Virus record (IMG/VR): IMGVR_UViG_3300017917_001996
Coordinates: 186,290 to 250,289 of that record
Length of the DNA: 64,000 bases
Strand: one strand, 5' to 3'
Under the pieces are notes generated by a model. The model had not been told where the DNA came from and did no database searches. It worked only from the letters and a program-made list of their open reading frames with translations. Positions 1 through 10,367 of this stretch are shown piece after piece. How positions within the stretch are numbered: the stretch's first letter is position 1; every line of letters starts with the position of its first letter. A program made the position numbers and the translations under genes.

Positions 1-2
1 CA

Positions 3-1145
3 TCGAATTTTACCGTTCCTACTGCACCACTAACAGCAATTGAAAATACAAGTTTGTTGACCTGCCAAAATACTACAATAGTAGATAACAGTACCAATAA
101 TTATACTATTACAAAAACAGGTTCTCCGTCTGTAAGTAGTCTAAGTCCTTTTGCAGTAGAGCCCGGTACGGTTCAATTGACAACCAATGGACGAACTCTT
201 GATTTCCCTATCACTTTCGGTGAATTAACTAACGGATCAGGTGTAGTAAAATTAGATGGTGCGTTAACATTAGGAAGTACCAGATCTGTTACTCATACTA
301 TTGGTACCTTAGATTTAAATGATTTTACTTTAACTGCATTAACGTATGTTTCTAATATTGGCAACAACAGATCTATTAATTTTAGATCAACGGGTCTAAT
401 TGTGTTGTCTGGTAGCGCCGCAACAGTATGGGACACATCTACAGGTACAGGTTTCTCCTGGTCGGGTAACTTTCAAGTTAATTCAACATACGCCGGATCC
501 ACTGGAACTAGAACATTTAACTTTGGAAATATCTCCGAAACATATGCACCTAATGTTAAGGTTAGCACAGGAGCAGGCGTGTTTAGTTTAGGTACTGCTG
601 CTGATGTAAAAGTAGTTACAGGATCTATAAATGACTTTGACCTAACTAGTTTTGCTGGTAACTTAAACAACAGCACAAGAACTATTTACGGTAATTTAAC
701 TATACCATCAACTGGGGGAAATATAATTGCTGGTACTTCGACAACCACATTTGGTTCAACTTCAGGTGTAGTTAAAACTGTTAACACCAATGCTAGAACA
801 ACGGATTTTCCGTATACCTTTGACGGAGTTGGTGGTAACTGGCAGCTGACAAATAATTTAGTAACTAGCGCAAGTCGTATAGTAACACTAACCAATGGTA
901 CTGTTGATTTTAATCAGAAATCAGTAACCGCTGCTAACATTAGAGTATTAACTGGAAATGCTGCACTAACCAATTTATCAACGACATTAAATATTGTACA
1001 CACCAGTGGAAATTTAACAATCAATTCAGGAACCATCAATAGCGCAACAACTGGTACATATACATTAACAGCAGGTAATTTAATTTTGAGCGGACCTTTA
1101 AGCACTGGAGCATTTACCAATAACGGTGGGGGAATTTTGTTATGA
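3..1145 (+). CDS. Thr/Gly-rich repetitive virion fibre protein, 5'-truncated
   Basis: Frame open from base 3 (SNFTVPTAPLTAIENTSLLTCQ, the end of a LamG-type module); TTNGRTLDFP repeats shared with the next ORF. Confidence 0.75.
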   Translation, partial: SNFTVPTAPLTAIENTSLLTCQNTTIVDNSTNNYTITKTGSPSVSSLSPFAVEPGTVQLTTNGRTLDFPITFGELTNGSGVVKLDGALTLGSTRSVTHTIGTLDLNDFTLTALTYVSNIGNNRSINFRSTGLIVLSGSAATVWDTSTGTGFSWSGNFQVNSTYAGSTGTRTFNFGNISETYAPNVKVSTGAGVFSLGTAADVKVVTGSINDFDLTSFAGNLNNSTRTIYGNLTIPSTGGNIIAGTSTTTFGSTSGVVKTVNTNARTTDFPYTFDGVGGNWQLTNNLVTSASRIVTLTNGTVDFNQKSVTAANIRVLTGNAALTNLSTTLNIVHTSGNLTINSGTINSATTGTYTLTAGNLILSGPLSTGAFTNNGGGILL

Positions 1146-4100
1146 GTGACTTAACAGTTACTTCTTTTGTATCAACAGGAACCACTGCACGTAGCATTGA
1201 TTTTAGTACTGGCAATATAATAGTGGCCAACAATGCAGGTGGTACATTAATTAATATGACTGCCACTGGTTTAACCGCTACCGGAGAGAGCACCGGCAAT
1301 GGATTTATCGTTCAAAACAATAGCGCGAATGCTACAACATTAACCTTTGGGGCATTTACAGAACCCAACGCAATGAACTTGTCTATTGACCGTGGTACAT
1401 ATGCATTAACCCTAGCATCCAGTGGCGCATATAGAAACTTAAATTTTACTGGATTTGCAGGTTCTCTAACTAACGTAGCAAGTTCTATATATGGAAACTT
1501 GATATTGTCTACTGGAATGACTCTAGTAGCTGGTACCGCTGCTTGGACACTAGCTGCAACAACAGACAATTGGACTGTCACCACAAATGGCAAAACTCTT
1601 GATTTCCCTCTTACCTTCGGTACTGCTACTAGTGCATTGGCTACCTGGATCTTACAAGATGCACTTACACTAGGAACAACCAGACTTTTAACTCTTACCG
1701 GCGGTAATTTAAATATCAATGACAAAACTGTTACAACTGGGTTGTTTGCTAGCAACAATTCAAATACAAGAAATATTAATTTTGGCAATGGTAAAATAGT
1801 CCTTAACGCTAGCACAGCCGTAACAGTTTGGACTACAGCAACGACCACAGGTTTAACTGTTTCTGGAGTTCCTTTGGTCGAATCCAGAGGTGGTGGTACA
1901 GCTATAACAAAAACTATTACACCTGGATCATTAAACGAAGCTAACGCTATTAATTTTAGCTTGCTTGAAACAACTGGCTCGGTTACGTATGTTATCACAG
2001 CCGGTGCAGTCAAGAACTTAACAATAAATGGTGCACAGACCCTTAGTAATACCGCGTTGAGTATTTACGGTCACATTATTCATGGCACAGGTAATGGCAC
2101 CACTACTTTTGCTACTGGTACCAACGCATGGACACTGGCTAATACAGGTACAACTACTGGTAATAATTACGGTGCATTTTTCCCATCGGGCGGGTATTTA
2201 ACTGTACCAGCTAATTCAAATTATGTATTCGATGGTGATTTTACTATAGAAGGTTGGATGTACTTTACAAATGTGGGCTTCGTTGACCCGCAAAGTTTAT
2301 TTTGTATAGGAAACGTTAGTGCTGGGTTTGATGTTCGTTGGTTTAATAGTCGTTGGCAAATTAGTTTTAATGCTGGCGCCGGTACTGACATGGGAGGCAC
2401 TGCTACAAATAATACATGGATTCACGTGGCTGCTGTTAGAAGTGGGTCATCGGTTAAGTTATACATAAATGGCGTAGCCACAGGCACTACTATTACTAAT
2501 AGTTCAACGTTGGGATATAGTAATGTAGCTCTCGGTATTGGCGCAGGCGGGGTGACTGCAGGAAACCCATTGCAAAACGGATATATTTCTAACTTAAGAA
2601 TAGTAAAAGGAATTGCAGTTTATACTAATAATTTTACTCCTCCTAGCGGTCCGCTTACTGCTACACAGAGTGCCGGAACCAATATTGCAGCAATACCAGG
2701 AACGGAGACTGTTCTTTTAACTTGCCAGAGCAGCACGTTTGTTGATAATTCGTCTTACGGAGTCACTCCTACTCAGGTATCTAATGCAGCAGTTTCTGCT
2801 TTAAGTCCTTTTACACTTTACTCAACCAGCACCAAAGCTGTAGGTCTTCGAGCAACTGTGGATTTCCCAATTACCGTAAACGGCGTTGGCGGAGAATGGG
2901 AATTAGATAATAACTTAACATTGGGTGCAACAAGGGTATTCACTTTAACCAATGGTACTTTTGACTTTAATAATAGAACAATAACTGCCAGCGGCATAAC
3001 TGTCTTAACAGGATCAGCAACTGCTCGAAATCTAATAACTACTCTAGCAGTTACACATACCAGCGGTAGTTTGACTTTGGGTTCAAACATCAGTACCGGA
3101 GCTTATACATTAACTGCCGGTAATCTGTTCTTGGGCACAAATACACTAACAATGCTATCGTTTGCTAGCAACAATTCAAATATAAGAAATATAGATTTTG
3201 CCACAGGCAAGATAGTCCTCAGTAACAGTGCAACAGCAACAATTTGGACTACAGCAACTGTTACAAATTTAACAACTTCAGGATCTCGATTAATCGAATC
3301 TACTGGCGGAGGAACCAGCGTTTTAAAAACAATTAATCCTGGATCATTAAGTGAAGCTAATGCTCTTAATTTTAGTTTATTGAACGTTGGCGGTACAGTA
3401 ACATATTCATTTAATTCTGGTTCAGTGAATAATTTATTAATTAACGGACAACAAACATTTGATAACACAGCTACATTGACTATATACGGTAACTATACAC
3501 ATAGCATCTCTAACGGAACTACAACATTTACTGCTAGACCAAGTGCGTGGGTATTTGCGAGTACAACGGGAATCAAAACAATAACTACCGCGTCTGCAAC
3601 ACACGAATTTCCTTGGACATTCAATGGTGTTGGTGGCACATGGTTATTGCAATCCTCGGTTACGCTTGGTATCAATGGTACACTAACTTTGACTAACGGA
3701 AATGTAGACTTAAACGGATATACACTAACCAGCGGTTTGTTTGCAACAGCAGCCGGAACTAAGTCGTTAATATTCAATGGCGGAACACTGGCAATTACAG
3801 GCTCTGGTGCTACCACATTTAATAATGCAAATACCTCGCAGCTAATCCTTGATAAAGGTAGTAGTGTTGGTACAATTAGTCTGACTAGCGCCATCGCCAA
3901 AACATTTATAGGCGGCAACTTTGATTATTCAGGTGTTATTTTAAATCAAGGTGGCACAGGAACACTAACTGTAGCCGGATCAAACACCTTCGAAGATTTG
4001 TCGGCTACTATTAGCACTACTGCAAACTCTACAATAACTTTTAGTTCAGGAACAACTACTACATGGAAAAAGTTTACACTCAATGGTACAGCCACATACC

Positions 4101-5266
4101 AACCAACTGTGGCTTCGGATACAGTTGATAGCCCGGCTACTTTCTACAAAGAACCAGAACCAAGTGGATTTATTACAGGTATTAACTACATTCGAGCACA
4201 GGATATAACTTTTACTCCTTTCGCAACAGATGGCACAGACTTTATACGCTGGCATATAGGAGCAAATTCTGTTATTGTCAGTAGTACTGGTGCCCTAGCG
4301 CAAACTTACCTTGCTGGTTCTACGCCTAAAGTCTATGTTATTGAAACAGGATCATCCTGGAAAGTGCCGAATGATTTTAATACTACTAATAATAGTATAC
4401 ACTTATTCGGAGGCGGTGGTGGCGGCGGCTCGAGTGTTAGCGCAATAACAGCCCGAATTGGTAGAAGCGCAGGAGCCGGCGGCGGGGGCGGCTATACTCG
4501 AGTAACTAACTTTAATCCAAAGAATTTAATTTCTGTAGATTATACAGTTGGTGCAGGCGGGCAAGGATCGACAATTTATTCATCGCCTGGGGGTAACGGT
4601 GGTTCTACAGTATTTTCAACATTTAGCGCAGGTGGCGGATCAGGCGGTGCTGCAATGGCAACTTCGTTAAGCGGAGGAGCAGGTGGTACAGGATCCACAG
4701 CAAACGGCGGTGCAGGCGGTAACGGTACTGATGGTGGTTTAAGTACATATACCGGCGGCGGAGGCGGTGGCGGAGCAGGCGGCGTGTATGGCAACGGCGC
4801 TAGCGGAGCTATTGGTGGATCCACTAATAGTGATTCAGTTGCAGGCGGTGGTGGTGGCGGTGGCGCAGCCAGCGGCGGTACTGCAGGATCCGCTGGATCG
4901 GGTGTTAGCGGCGGTAGCGGTGGTAACAACTCTTTTGGCATCGGCGGAAGCGTTTTCTCAACAACTGTTTTTTCACGAGCTTTTGCTGGTGGCGGTGGCG
5001 CTGGTTCTTATGGTGGCGTGTACCTTGGCGCATCACCTAGACCTGCAACAGCAGGCGGTCATGGAACTGATATTTTAAATTCTGTTGGTGCTGGCGGCGG
5101 CGGTGGCGGCCAAAACCAACGAGCTGCTGGTGGAACAGGCGGAAAATACGGCGGCGGCGGCGCAGGCGGTGCCCGATCGGGGTCTTCTGGTCTTAATGGT
5201 GCTACTGGCGGCATTATCATTCAATATCTACCAGTTACACCAAAATTCCTAGGCTGGTTCAATTAA
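1142..5266 (+). CDS. Large virion fibre/adhesin protein with beta-repeats, a LamG/concanavalin-like domain and a Gly-rich C-terminus
   Basis: DFTIEGW...WIHVAAVR...GYISNLRIVKG LamG motif; GGGGG-rich tail; ATGA overlap with upstream ORF. Confidence 0.75.
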   Translation: MSDLTVTSFVSTGTTARSIDFSTGNIIVANNAGGTLINMTATGLTATGESTGNGFIVQNNSANATTLTFGAFTEPNAMNLSIDRGTYALTLASSGAYRNLNFTGFAGSLTNVASSIYGNLILSTGMTLVAGTAAWTLAATTDNWTVTTNGKTLDFPLTFGTATSALATWILQDALTLGTTRLLTLTGGNLNINDKTVTTGLFASNNSNTRNINFGNGKIVLNASTAVTVWTTATTTGLTVSGVPLVESRGGGTAITKTITPGSLNEANAINFSLLETTGSVTYVITAGAVKNLTINGAQTLSNTALSIYGHIIHGTGNGTTTFATGTNAWTLANTGTTTGNNYGAFFPSGGYLTVPANSNYVFDGDFTIEGWMYFTNVGFVDPQSLFCIGNVSAGFDVRWFNSRWQISFNAGAGTDMGGTATNNTWIHVAAVRSGSSVKLYINGVATGTTITNSSTLGYSNVALGIGAGGVTAGNPLQNGYISNLRIVKGIAVYTNNFTPPSGPLTATQSAGTNIAAIPGTETVLLTCQSSTFVDNSSYGVTPTQVSNAAVSALSPFTLYSTSTKAVGLRATVDFPITVNGVGGEWELDNNLTLGATRVFTLTNGTFDFNNRTITASGITVLTGSATARNLITTLAVTHTSGSLTLGSNISTGAYTLTAGNLFLGTNTLTMLSFASNNSNIRNIDFATGKIVLSNSATATIWTTATVTNLTTSGSRLIESTGGGTSVLKTINPGSLSEANALNFSLLNVGGTVTYSFNSGSVNNLLINGQQTFDNTATLTIYGNYTHSISNGTTTFTARPSAWVFASTTGIKTITTASATHEFPWTFNGVGGTWLLQSSVTLGINGTLTLTNGNVDLNGYTLTSGLFATAAGTKSLIFNGGTLAITGSGATTFNNANTSQLILDKGSSVGTISLTSAIAKTFIGGNFDYSGVILNQGGTGTLTVAGSNTFEDLSATISTTANSTITFSSGTTTTWKKFTLNGTATYQPTVASDTVDSPATFYKEPEPSGFITGINYIRAQDITFTPFATDGTDFIRWHIGANSVIVSSTGALAQTYLAGSTPKVYVIETGSSWKVPNDFNTTNNSIHLFGGGGGGGSSVSAITARIGRSAGAGGGGGYTRVTNFNPKNLISVDYTVGAGGQGSTIYSSPGGNGGSTVFSTFSAGGGSGGAAMATSLSGGAGGTGSTANGGAGGNGTDGGLSTYTGGGGGGGAGGVYGNGASGAIGGSTNSDSVAGGGGGGGAASGGTAGSAGSGVSGGSGGNNSFGIGGSVFSTTVFSRAFAGGGGAGSYGGVYLGASPRPATAGGHGTDILNSVGAGGGGGGQNQRAAGGTGGKYGGGGAGGARSGSSGLNGATGGIIIQYLPVTPKFLGWFN

Positions 5267-5269
5267 TTT

Positions 5270-5298
5270 TTGACAAAACTAAAACTAGGCTATATAAT
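5270..5298 (+). promoter_or_regulatory. Sigma70-type promoter, leaderless to ATG 5304
   Basis: TTGACA-17 nt-TATAAT, ATG 5 nt downstream, no SD. Confidence 0.8.
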
Positions 5299-5303
5299 AG
5301 CGT

Positions 5304-8300
5304 ATGAAAATTGCTATTATAGATATAATTGGGCTTCCGTATGATGGTACAACGGTACACAATCAAGGACTAGGCGGAAGTGAAAGCGCAGTAACATTCA
5401 TGGCCGAGCAGCTGGCTCGGTTGAATTTTGATGTAACTGTTTTTAATAACTGCAACATTGATCACGCCCGTCCTGGGGTATATTCGGGTGTACTGTATAG
5501 ACCACTTGAAGATCTAACTCAAGATCACGAGTTTGATATTGTTATTAGCAGCCGAACTATAATTCCATTTGTTGACCCACACAGGTATCACGAACTTAAC
5601 GACAATCGTGCATTTGCACTGCAACACTATAATCTCTATGACCGTGTAGTCTCCCGAGCACAAATGAGAATTCTTTGGATGCATGACACCTTTTGTCTAG
5701 GTGATAACATGATCGAAGAGTTGGCTGTCAGCAATCGGATTACCGATATCTTTACACTAAGTGACTTTCATCTAACCTATGTGGCTAACTGCCATCACGG
5801 ACGCCGCAGAAATTTTGAAGTACTTAAACCAAAGTTGTTTATTACTAGAAACGGTGCTAACTGTTATCACAAAGAAATCGATCTAAAGAAAAAAGACCCA
5901 AATCTCTTTGTCTATAATGCCAGTGTGACCAAAGGAATGATACCCTTGGTTAATGAAGTTTGGCCAAGATTAAAAGCACAAATACCCGAAGCTCGGTTAA
6001 AGGTAATCGGTGGTTATTACAGATTTAGCGAAAGCTCGGGACCCGATCAGCAAGAACAAGATTGGCGACGAATGGTTGCTGATTCAAGGTATGCTGAGTT
6101 GGATATTGAGTTCACCGGAGTTATTCCACAAAAAGCAATCGGTGACATCTTAGCAGAATCTAATTTTATGATATACCCAACGGCGTTTCCTGAAACGTTT
6201 GGAATATCAACATTAGAATCATTACTTTACAATACTCCAGCAATTACTTGTAGATTCGGTGCTCTTGAAGAAATTGCAGTCGAAGGTGCTTGTTACCTAA
6301 TAGACTATGCCGTTGAACCTAACAGTTTATTTCCTGATATCAATCGAGTTGAGCAAGTACAAAAATTTGTAGACCTGGCTGTACGTGCTTATCGTGATCC
6401 ATATCTACATCAACAAAAACAACAATACTGTAACGTGGTCAAAGACATCGCTGGTTGGGATAGTGTAGCTCTACAGTGGAAGCAGCATTTCTATAAGAAA
6501 GCTGGAGAGTATTTGTCGCGAGACGAATATCGTGCTGTGAGCAAAATCAATCACAAAGTGCACAAAATTTGGAATCGTCGATACACTAACCCTATAGAGT
6601 TTGAACACTACAAGCCGGGTAATGAACAACCCATTGTGGTTGTGAGTACATTCTATAACTGTGCCAACTACATTGCACGTTGCATCAAAAGTGTAGCCTC
6701 TCAAGATTACGATAATTACAGTGTCTACCTGGTTAATGATGCCAGCACAGACAACACGCTAGAAGTAATCAACCAAACATTATCCACATTGCCTGTGGAT
6801 ATTAGATCAAAGTTTAAAACAATCAATCGTGATACAAATGTTGGTGCAGTAAAAAATCAAGTTGAAGTATTTAGAAGTATTCGAGATCCTGAATCAATTG
6901 TTATGATTCTAGATGGCGACGACAGTTTAATAAACAACAATTCCATTTTTAGCTACTACAATTCTATCTATGATGGAACAACAGAGTTTACCTATGGTAG
7001 CTGTTGGAGTATGGTTGACCGCATACCTTTGATCAGCCAACCTTATCCAGAACACATCAAACAGTCTCGAGCATATAGAGAGCATAGGTTTAATTGGAAT
7101 ATGCCTTACACGCATCTTCGCACATTTAAACAATATTTGATTAACAATATTAACAATTCGGTATTCAAGGATCAAGATGGTAATTGGTTCCGTGCTGGCG
7201 GCGATGGTGCTACTTTTTATAACTTAATTGAAGCAGCTGATCCAGATAAGGTTAAATGCTTACAGGAAGTTGTCTATAACTACAACGACACTAATCCACT
7301 GAATGATTACAAGATAAATGGTCACGAACAAAATAAAACTGCCGATGCTATTCTAAATCAAAAGAAAACAGAAAGCAAATTGTATTCGGTGATTGTTCCT
7401 ACAATGTGGAAGACTGCTAAAACATTTGCAGGCTTTGCCAAATCTTTGTGTGCACACCCGTTAGTGGGCGAATTAATCATTATTAATAATCAAAGTGAGT
7501 TGACCCCTGAAGGACTCAACAATCCTAAAATTAGAATGATCGATCCGGGCAGAAATATCTATGTTAATCCTGCCTGGAACCTAGGAGTAAAAACAAGCAG
7601 ATACGATCGTTTGTGTATTGTCAATGACGATGTTATATTTGATCTGACTGTACTAGAACGATTAAAAGATAGGCTAACACCCGAATCAGGAGTATTTGGA
7701 CTTTGTCCTGGTGTAGCCGATTTTAACCAACCTCCGGTTATTAACGGTAATATCGATATTATTCCATGGTCTGGCCAACACACCTACGGCTTTGGTTGCT
7801 TGATGTTTATACACAAAAAGTCTTGGCGAGAGATTCCTGCAGGATTAGAAATTTACTATGGCGACAACTTTATCTTTGACTTGCAGCTACATGAAAAGAA
7901 AACTAACTATCTAATAACCAACATGTTGTTCAAGTCCCAGTTTGCAGCCACGACATCAGACAAATCTATTACTGCTGGATTCTTAGAAAAAGAAACACCG
8001 ATTTACGAACAAATAAAAAGCCAAGGATTTACAACTAAAAAACAAGAGATAGCACCTGCTATAAACAAAACCGCAATGCCTAAAAAAAGAATTTTAATTG
8101 CTATCCCTACTGCACGTAACATAGAAGCAGAAACATTTAAAAGCATATATGATTTAGAAATACCCGAAGGGTATACTGCCACGTTCCAATACTTCTATGG
8201 TTACAACGTTGATCAAGTTAGAAATCTGATTGCTGATTGGGTAGTTAGAGGATTTGATTATTTGTTTAGTGTAGACAGTGATATTGCATTTCCGCCAGAC

Positions 8301-9362
8301 ACTTTGAAGAAGTTATTAGCACACGATAAAGACATGGTTTCTGGTTTGTATATTCAGCGCAAGCCCGGGCAGCATATCTTAGAAGTCTATGAGCATAATG
8401 GTCGAGGTGGTTCGAGTAACATACCCTATGAGAAAATTGTTGGACGAGGATTAGTAGAAATTGCCGGCTGCGGCTTTGGTTGTGTGCTAGTTAAAGCCGA
8501 AGTAATGCGAGCCATTCCTTACCCGCATTTTGTTTATCATAGTGCAATCGACCATAAAGACACTATCAGCGAAGATGTTGATTTTTGCCGTAAAGTGTTA
8601 GCTAAAAACTTTAAGATCTGGGCTGACACAACAGTGCAGTGCCGACATATTGGTTCAGCCGAGTTTGTTATTAACAACAACATTAAGCCAGTATCTGCCG
8701 AATCGAGACTTAGAGAATTACACAGTCAACGACTATTGCCACAAGCACATGTTGAATACTTGCAAAGACTAGCAGCATTGGGATTAAATCCTCCTGTGAT
8801 ATATGATCTCGGTGCTTGTGTGTTACATTGGACCAACGAAGCTCGTAGAATATGGCCCAATGCAAAGTACTATGCATTCGAAGCCATGAGCAGTTGCGAG
8901 TTCTTATACAAAGAAGATGGTATCGAGTACGCTATGGGTTTGCTCAGCGATGTCGATGGCAAAGAATTAGACTTTTATCAAAATGAAGAACATCCCGGCG
9001 GTAACAGTTATTATCGAGAAAACTCAGAGGTGAATCCGCAGGCTCCTATGTATTTTAATGAATCTCATCGACGTCGTTTAATTAGTCGTAGTCTAGACAG
9101 CCTGGTAAAAGAAAAAGGTTTTGCTATGCCTGCCTTATTAAAAATGGACATACAAGGTGCTGAACTAGATGTACTACGCGGCTCTACACAGGTACTTCAG
9201 TCCGTGACTGATGTTATCTTAGAGTTGCAAGTTGTTGAATACAATAAAGGTGCACCACTTCGAGATACCGTATTAGCATATATGGACAGTATCGGTTTTG
9301 ACTGTATAGGTATGTTCTGTAATAACGGTCCAGACGGGGACTATCATTTCAGAAAAAGATGA
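5304..9362 (+). CDS. Multidomain glycosyltransferase (GT4 + 3x GT2-like) fused to an FkbM-type methyltransferase
   Basis: GGSE...ETFGISTLE (GT-B); VNDASTD/LDGDD, IVNDD, VDSD (GT-A DxD); YDLGAC...LKMDIQGAELDVL (FkbM). Confidence 0.85.
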   Translation: MKIAIIDIIGLPYDGTTVHNQGLGGSESAVTFMAEQLARLNFDVTVFNNCNIDHARPGVYSGVLYRPLEDLTQDHEFDIVISSRTIIPFVDPHRYHELNDNRAFALQHYNLYDRVVSRAQMRILWMHDTFCLGDNMIEELAVSNRITDIFTLSDFHLTYVANCHHGRRRNFEVLKPKLFITRNGANCYHKEIDLKKKDPNLFVYNASVTKGMIPLVNEVWPRLKAQIPEARLKVIGGYYRFSESSGPDQQEQDWRRMVADSRYAELDIEFTGVIPQKAIGDILAESNFMIYPTAFPETFGISTLESLLYNTPAITCRFGALEEIAVEGACYLIDYAVEPNSLFPDINRVEQVQKFVDLAVRAYRDPYLHQQKQQYCNVVKDIAGWDSVALQWKQHFYKKAGEYLSRDEYRAVSKINHKVHKIWNRRYTNPIEFEHYKPGNEQPIVVVSTFYNCANYIARCIKSVASQDYDNYSVYLVNDASTDNTLEVINQTLSTLPVDIRSKFKTINRDTNVGAVKNQVEVFRSIRDPESIVMILDGDDSLINNNSIFSYYNSIYDGTTEFTYGSCWSMVDRIPLISQPYPEHIKQSRAYREHRFNWNMPYTHLRTFKQYLINNINNSVFKDQDGNWFRAGGDGATFYNLIEAADPDKVKCLQEVVYNYNDTNPLNDYKINGHEQNKTADAILNQKKTESKLYSVIVPTMWKTAKTFAGFAKSLCAHPLVGELIIINNQSELTPEGLNNPKIRMIDPGRNIYVNPAWNLGVKTSRYDRLCIVNDDVIFDLTVLERLKDRLTPESGVFGLCPGVADFNQPPVINGNIDIIPWSGQHTYGFGCLMFIHKKSWREIPAGLEIYYGDNFIFDLQLHEKKTNYLITNMLFKSQFAATTSDKSITAGFLEKETPIYEQIKSQGFTTKKQEIAPAINKTAMPKKRILIAIPTARNIEAETFKSIYDLEIPEGYTATFQYFYGYNVDQVRNLIADWVVRGFDYLFSVDSDIAFPPDTLKKLLAHDKDMVSGLYIQRKPGQHILEVYEHNGRGGSSNIPYEKIVGRGLVEIAGCGFGCVLVKAEVMRAIPYPHFVYHSAIDHKDTISEDVDFCRKVLAKNFKIWADTTVQCRHIGSAEFVINNNIKPVSAESRLRELHSQRLLPQAHVEYLQRLAALGLNPPVIYDLGACVLHWTNEARRIWPNAKYYAFEAMSSCEFLYKEDGIEYAMGLLSDVDGKELDFYQNEEHPGGNSYYRENSEVNPQAPMYFNESHRRRLISRSLDSLVKEKGFAMPALLKMDIQGAELDVLRGSTQVLQSVTDVILELQVVEYNKGAPLRDTVLAYMDSIGFDCIGMFCNNGPDGDYHFRKR

Positions 9363-9364
9363 AA

Positions 9365-9390
9365 CTAAATATCTAATACTAGATATTTAG
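9365..9390 (+). promoter_or_regulatory. Perfect 11-bp hairpin containing a late promoter TAAATA
   Basis: CTAAATATCTA-ATAC-TAGATATTTAG, ending 4 nt before ATG 9395. Confidence 0.65.
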
Positions 9391-9394
9391 AAAT

Positions 9395-10324
9395 ATGACA
9401 TTTGACCTAGGCGTTATACAAAGACAACAAAAACGTATTCCCTACGGTGAAGCGGTGTTTACAACTCCAGGTACATTTACCTGGACTGCACCCTTTTATG
9501 TTGATAGAGTTTGTGTAGTCTGCATTGGCGGCGGCGGTGGGGGCCAAGCTAGAAAAGATTCAACTCCAAATCATCTTCGTGGTGGTGCAGGCGGCGGTCT
9601 CGGCTGGCGCAATCAAATTCCGGTAGTACCAGGACAAACCTATACTGTAGTAGTTGGTGGCGGTGCACCGGGCGGCGCAACTTCCGCTGCTATGACAGAT
9701 AATGTTTACCCAACTAGCAATGGTGGAGATAGTTATTTTATTGATACTAACACTGTAAAAGGTGGCGGTGGCGCCAGTGCATCACCAGACGTATTTTATG
9801 CTCCAGGCGGCGACTACATTGGTGACGGCGGTGGCCTTGGTGGCGCAGGCGCCGGAGGTTTTGGGTTTTCTGGTTTAGGAAGCACAGGTGGCGGTGGCGG
9901 CGCTGGTGGCTATCTCGGTGCAGGCGGAAATGCCGGAGGCTCTTTACAAGGGATGGATCCACAGCCAGGTCAAGGAGGTGCAGGAGGCGGCGGCGGTTCT
10001 CTCGATGATGGAGTAAATCCTAATCACGGCACAGGCGCCGGCGGCGGCGGTACTGGTATATATGGCATAGGTGAAAGCGGTATAGCAGGCACAAATTCGG
10101 CTACTACGCCTACCGGTGGTTTAGGTGGTAGCAACGGCACCAATGGTATACGGCATAGCACTGTGTTTGTCGGCGGACGTGGAGGCGGACAGTACGGCGG
10201 CGGCGGTGCAGCCACTGGTTTTGATCCTATACCAATGGTAATTAAAGGTGCCGATGGCGGTTCGGGTGCAGTTAGAATAATATGGGGAACCAGCCGAAAC
10301 TTCCCTGATGCCAATGTTGGTTAA
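9395..10324 (+). CDS. Glycine-rich virion protein
   Basis: FTTPGTFTWTAP...VCIGGGGGG...GAVRIIW, a common phage Gly-rich domain. Confidence 0.7.
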   Translation: MTFDLGVIQRQQKRIPYGEAVFTTPGTFTWTAPFYVDRVCVVCIGGGGGGQARKDSTPNHLRGGAGGGLGWRNQIPVVPGQTYTVVVGGGAPGGATSAAMTDNVYPTSNGGDSYFIDTNTVKGGGGASASPDVFYAPGGDYIGDGGGLGGAGAGGFGFSGLGSTGGGGGAGGYLGAGGNAGGSLQGMDPQPGQGGAGGGGGSLDDGVNPNHGTGAGGGGTGIYGIGESGIAGTNSATTPTGGLGGSNGTNGIRHSTVFVGGRGGGQYGGGGAATGFDPIPMVIKGADGGSGAVRIIWGTSRNFPDANVG

Positions 10325-10331
10325 TTGAGAC

Positions 10332-10360
10332 TTGATCTTTTGATTGGCATTTGCTATAGT
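10332..10360 (+). promoter_or_regulatory. Sigma70-type promoter, leaderless to ATG 10368
   Basis: TTGATC-17-TATAGT with extended TG; ATG 7 nt downstream. Confidence 0.65.
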
Positions 10361-10367
10361 AGCAAAT

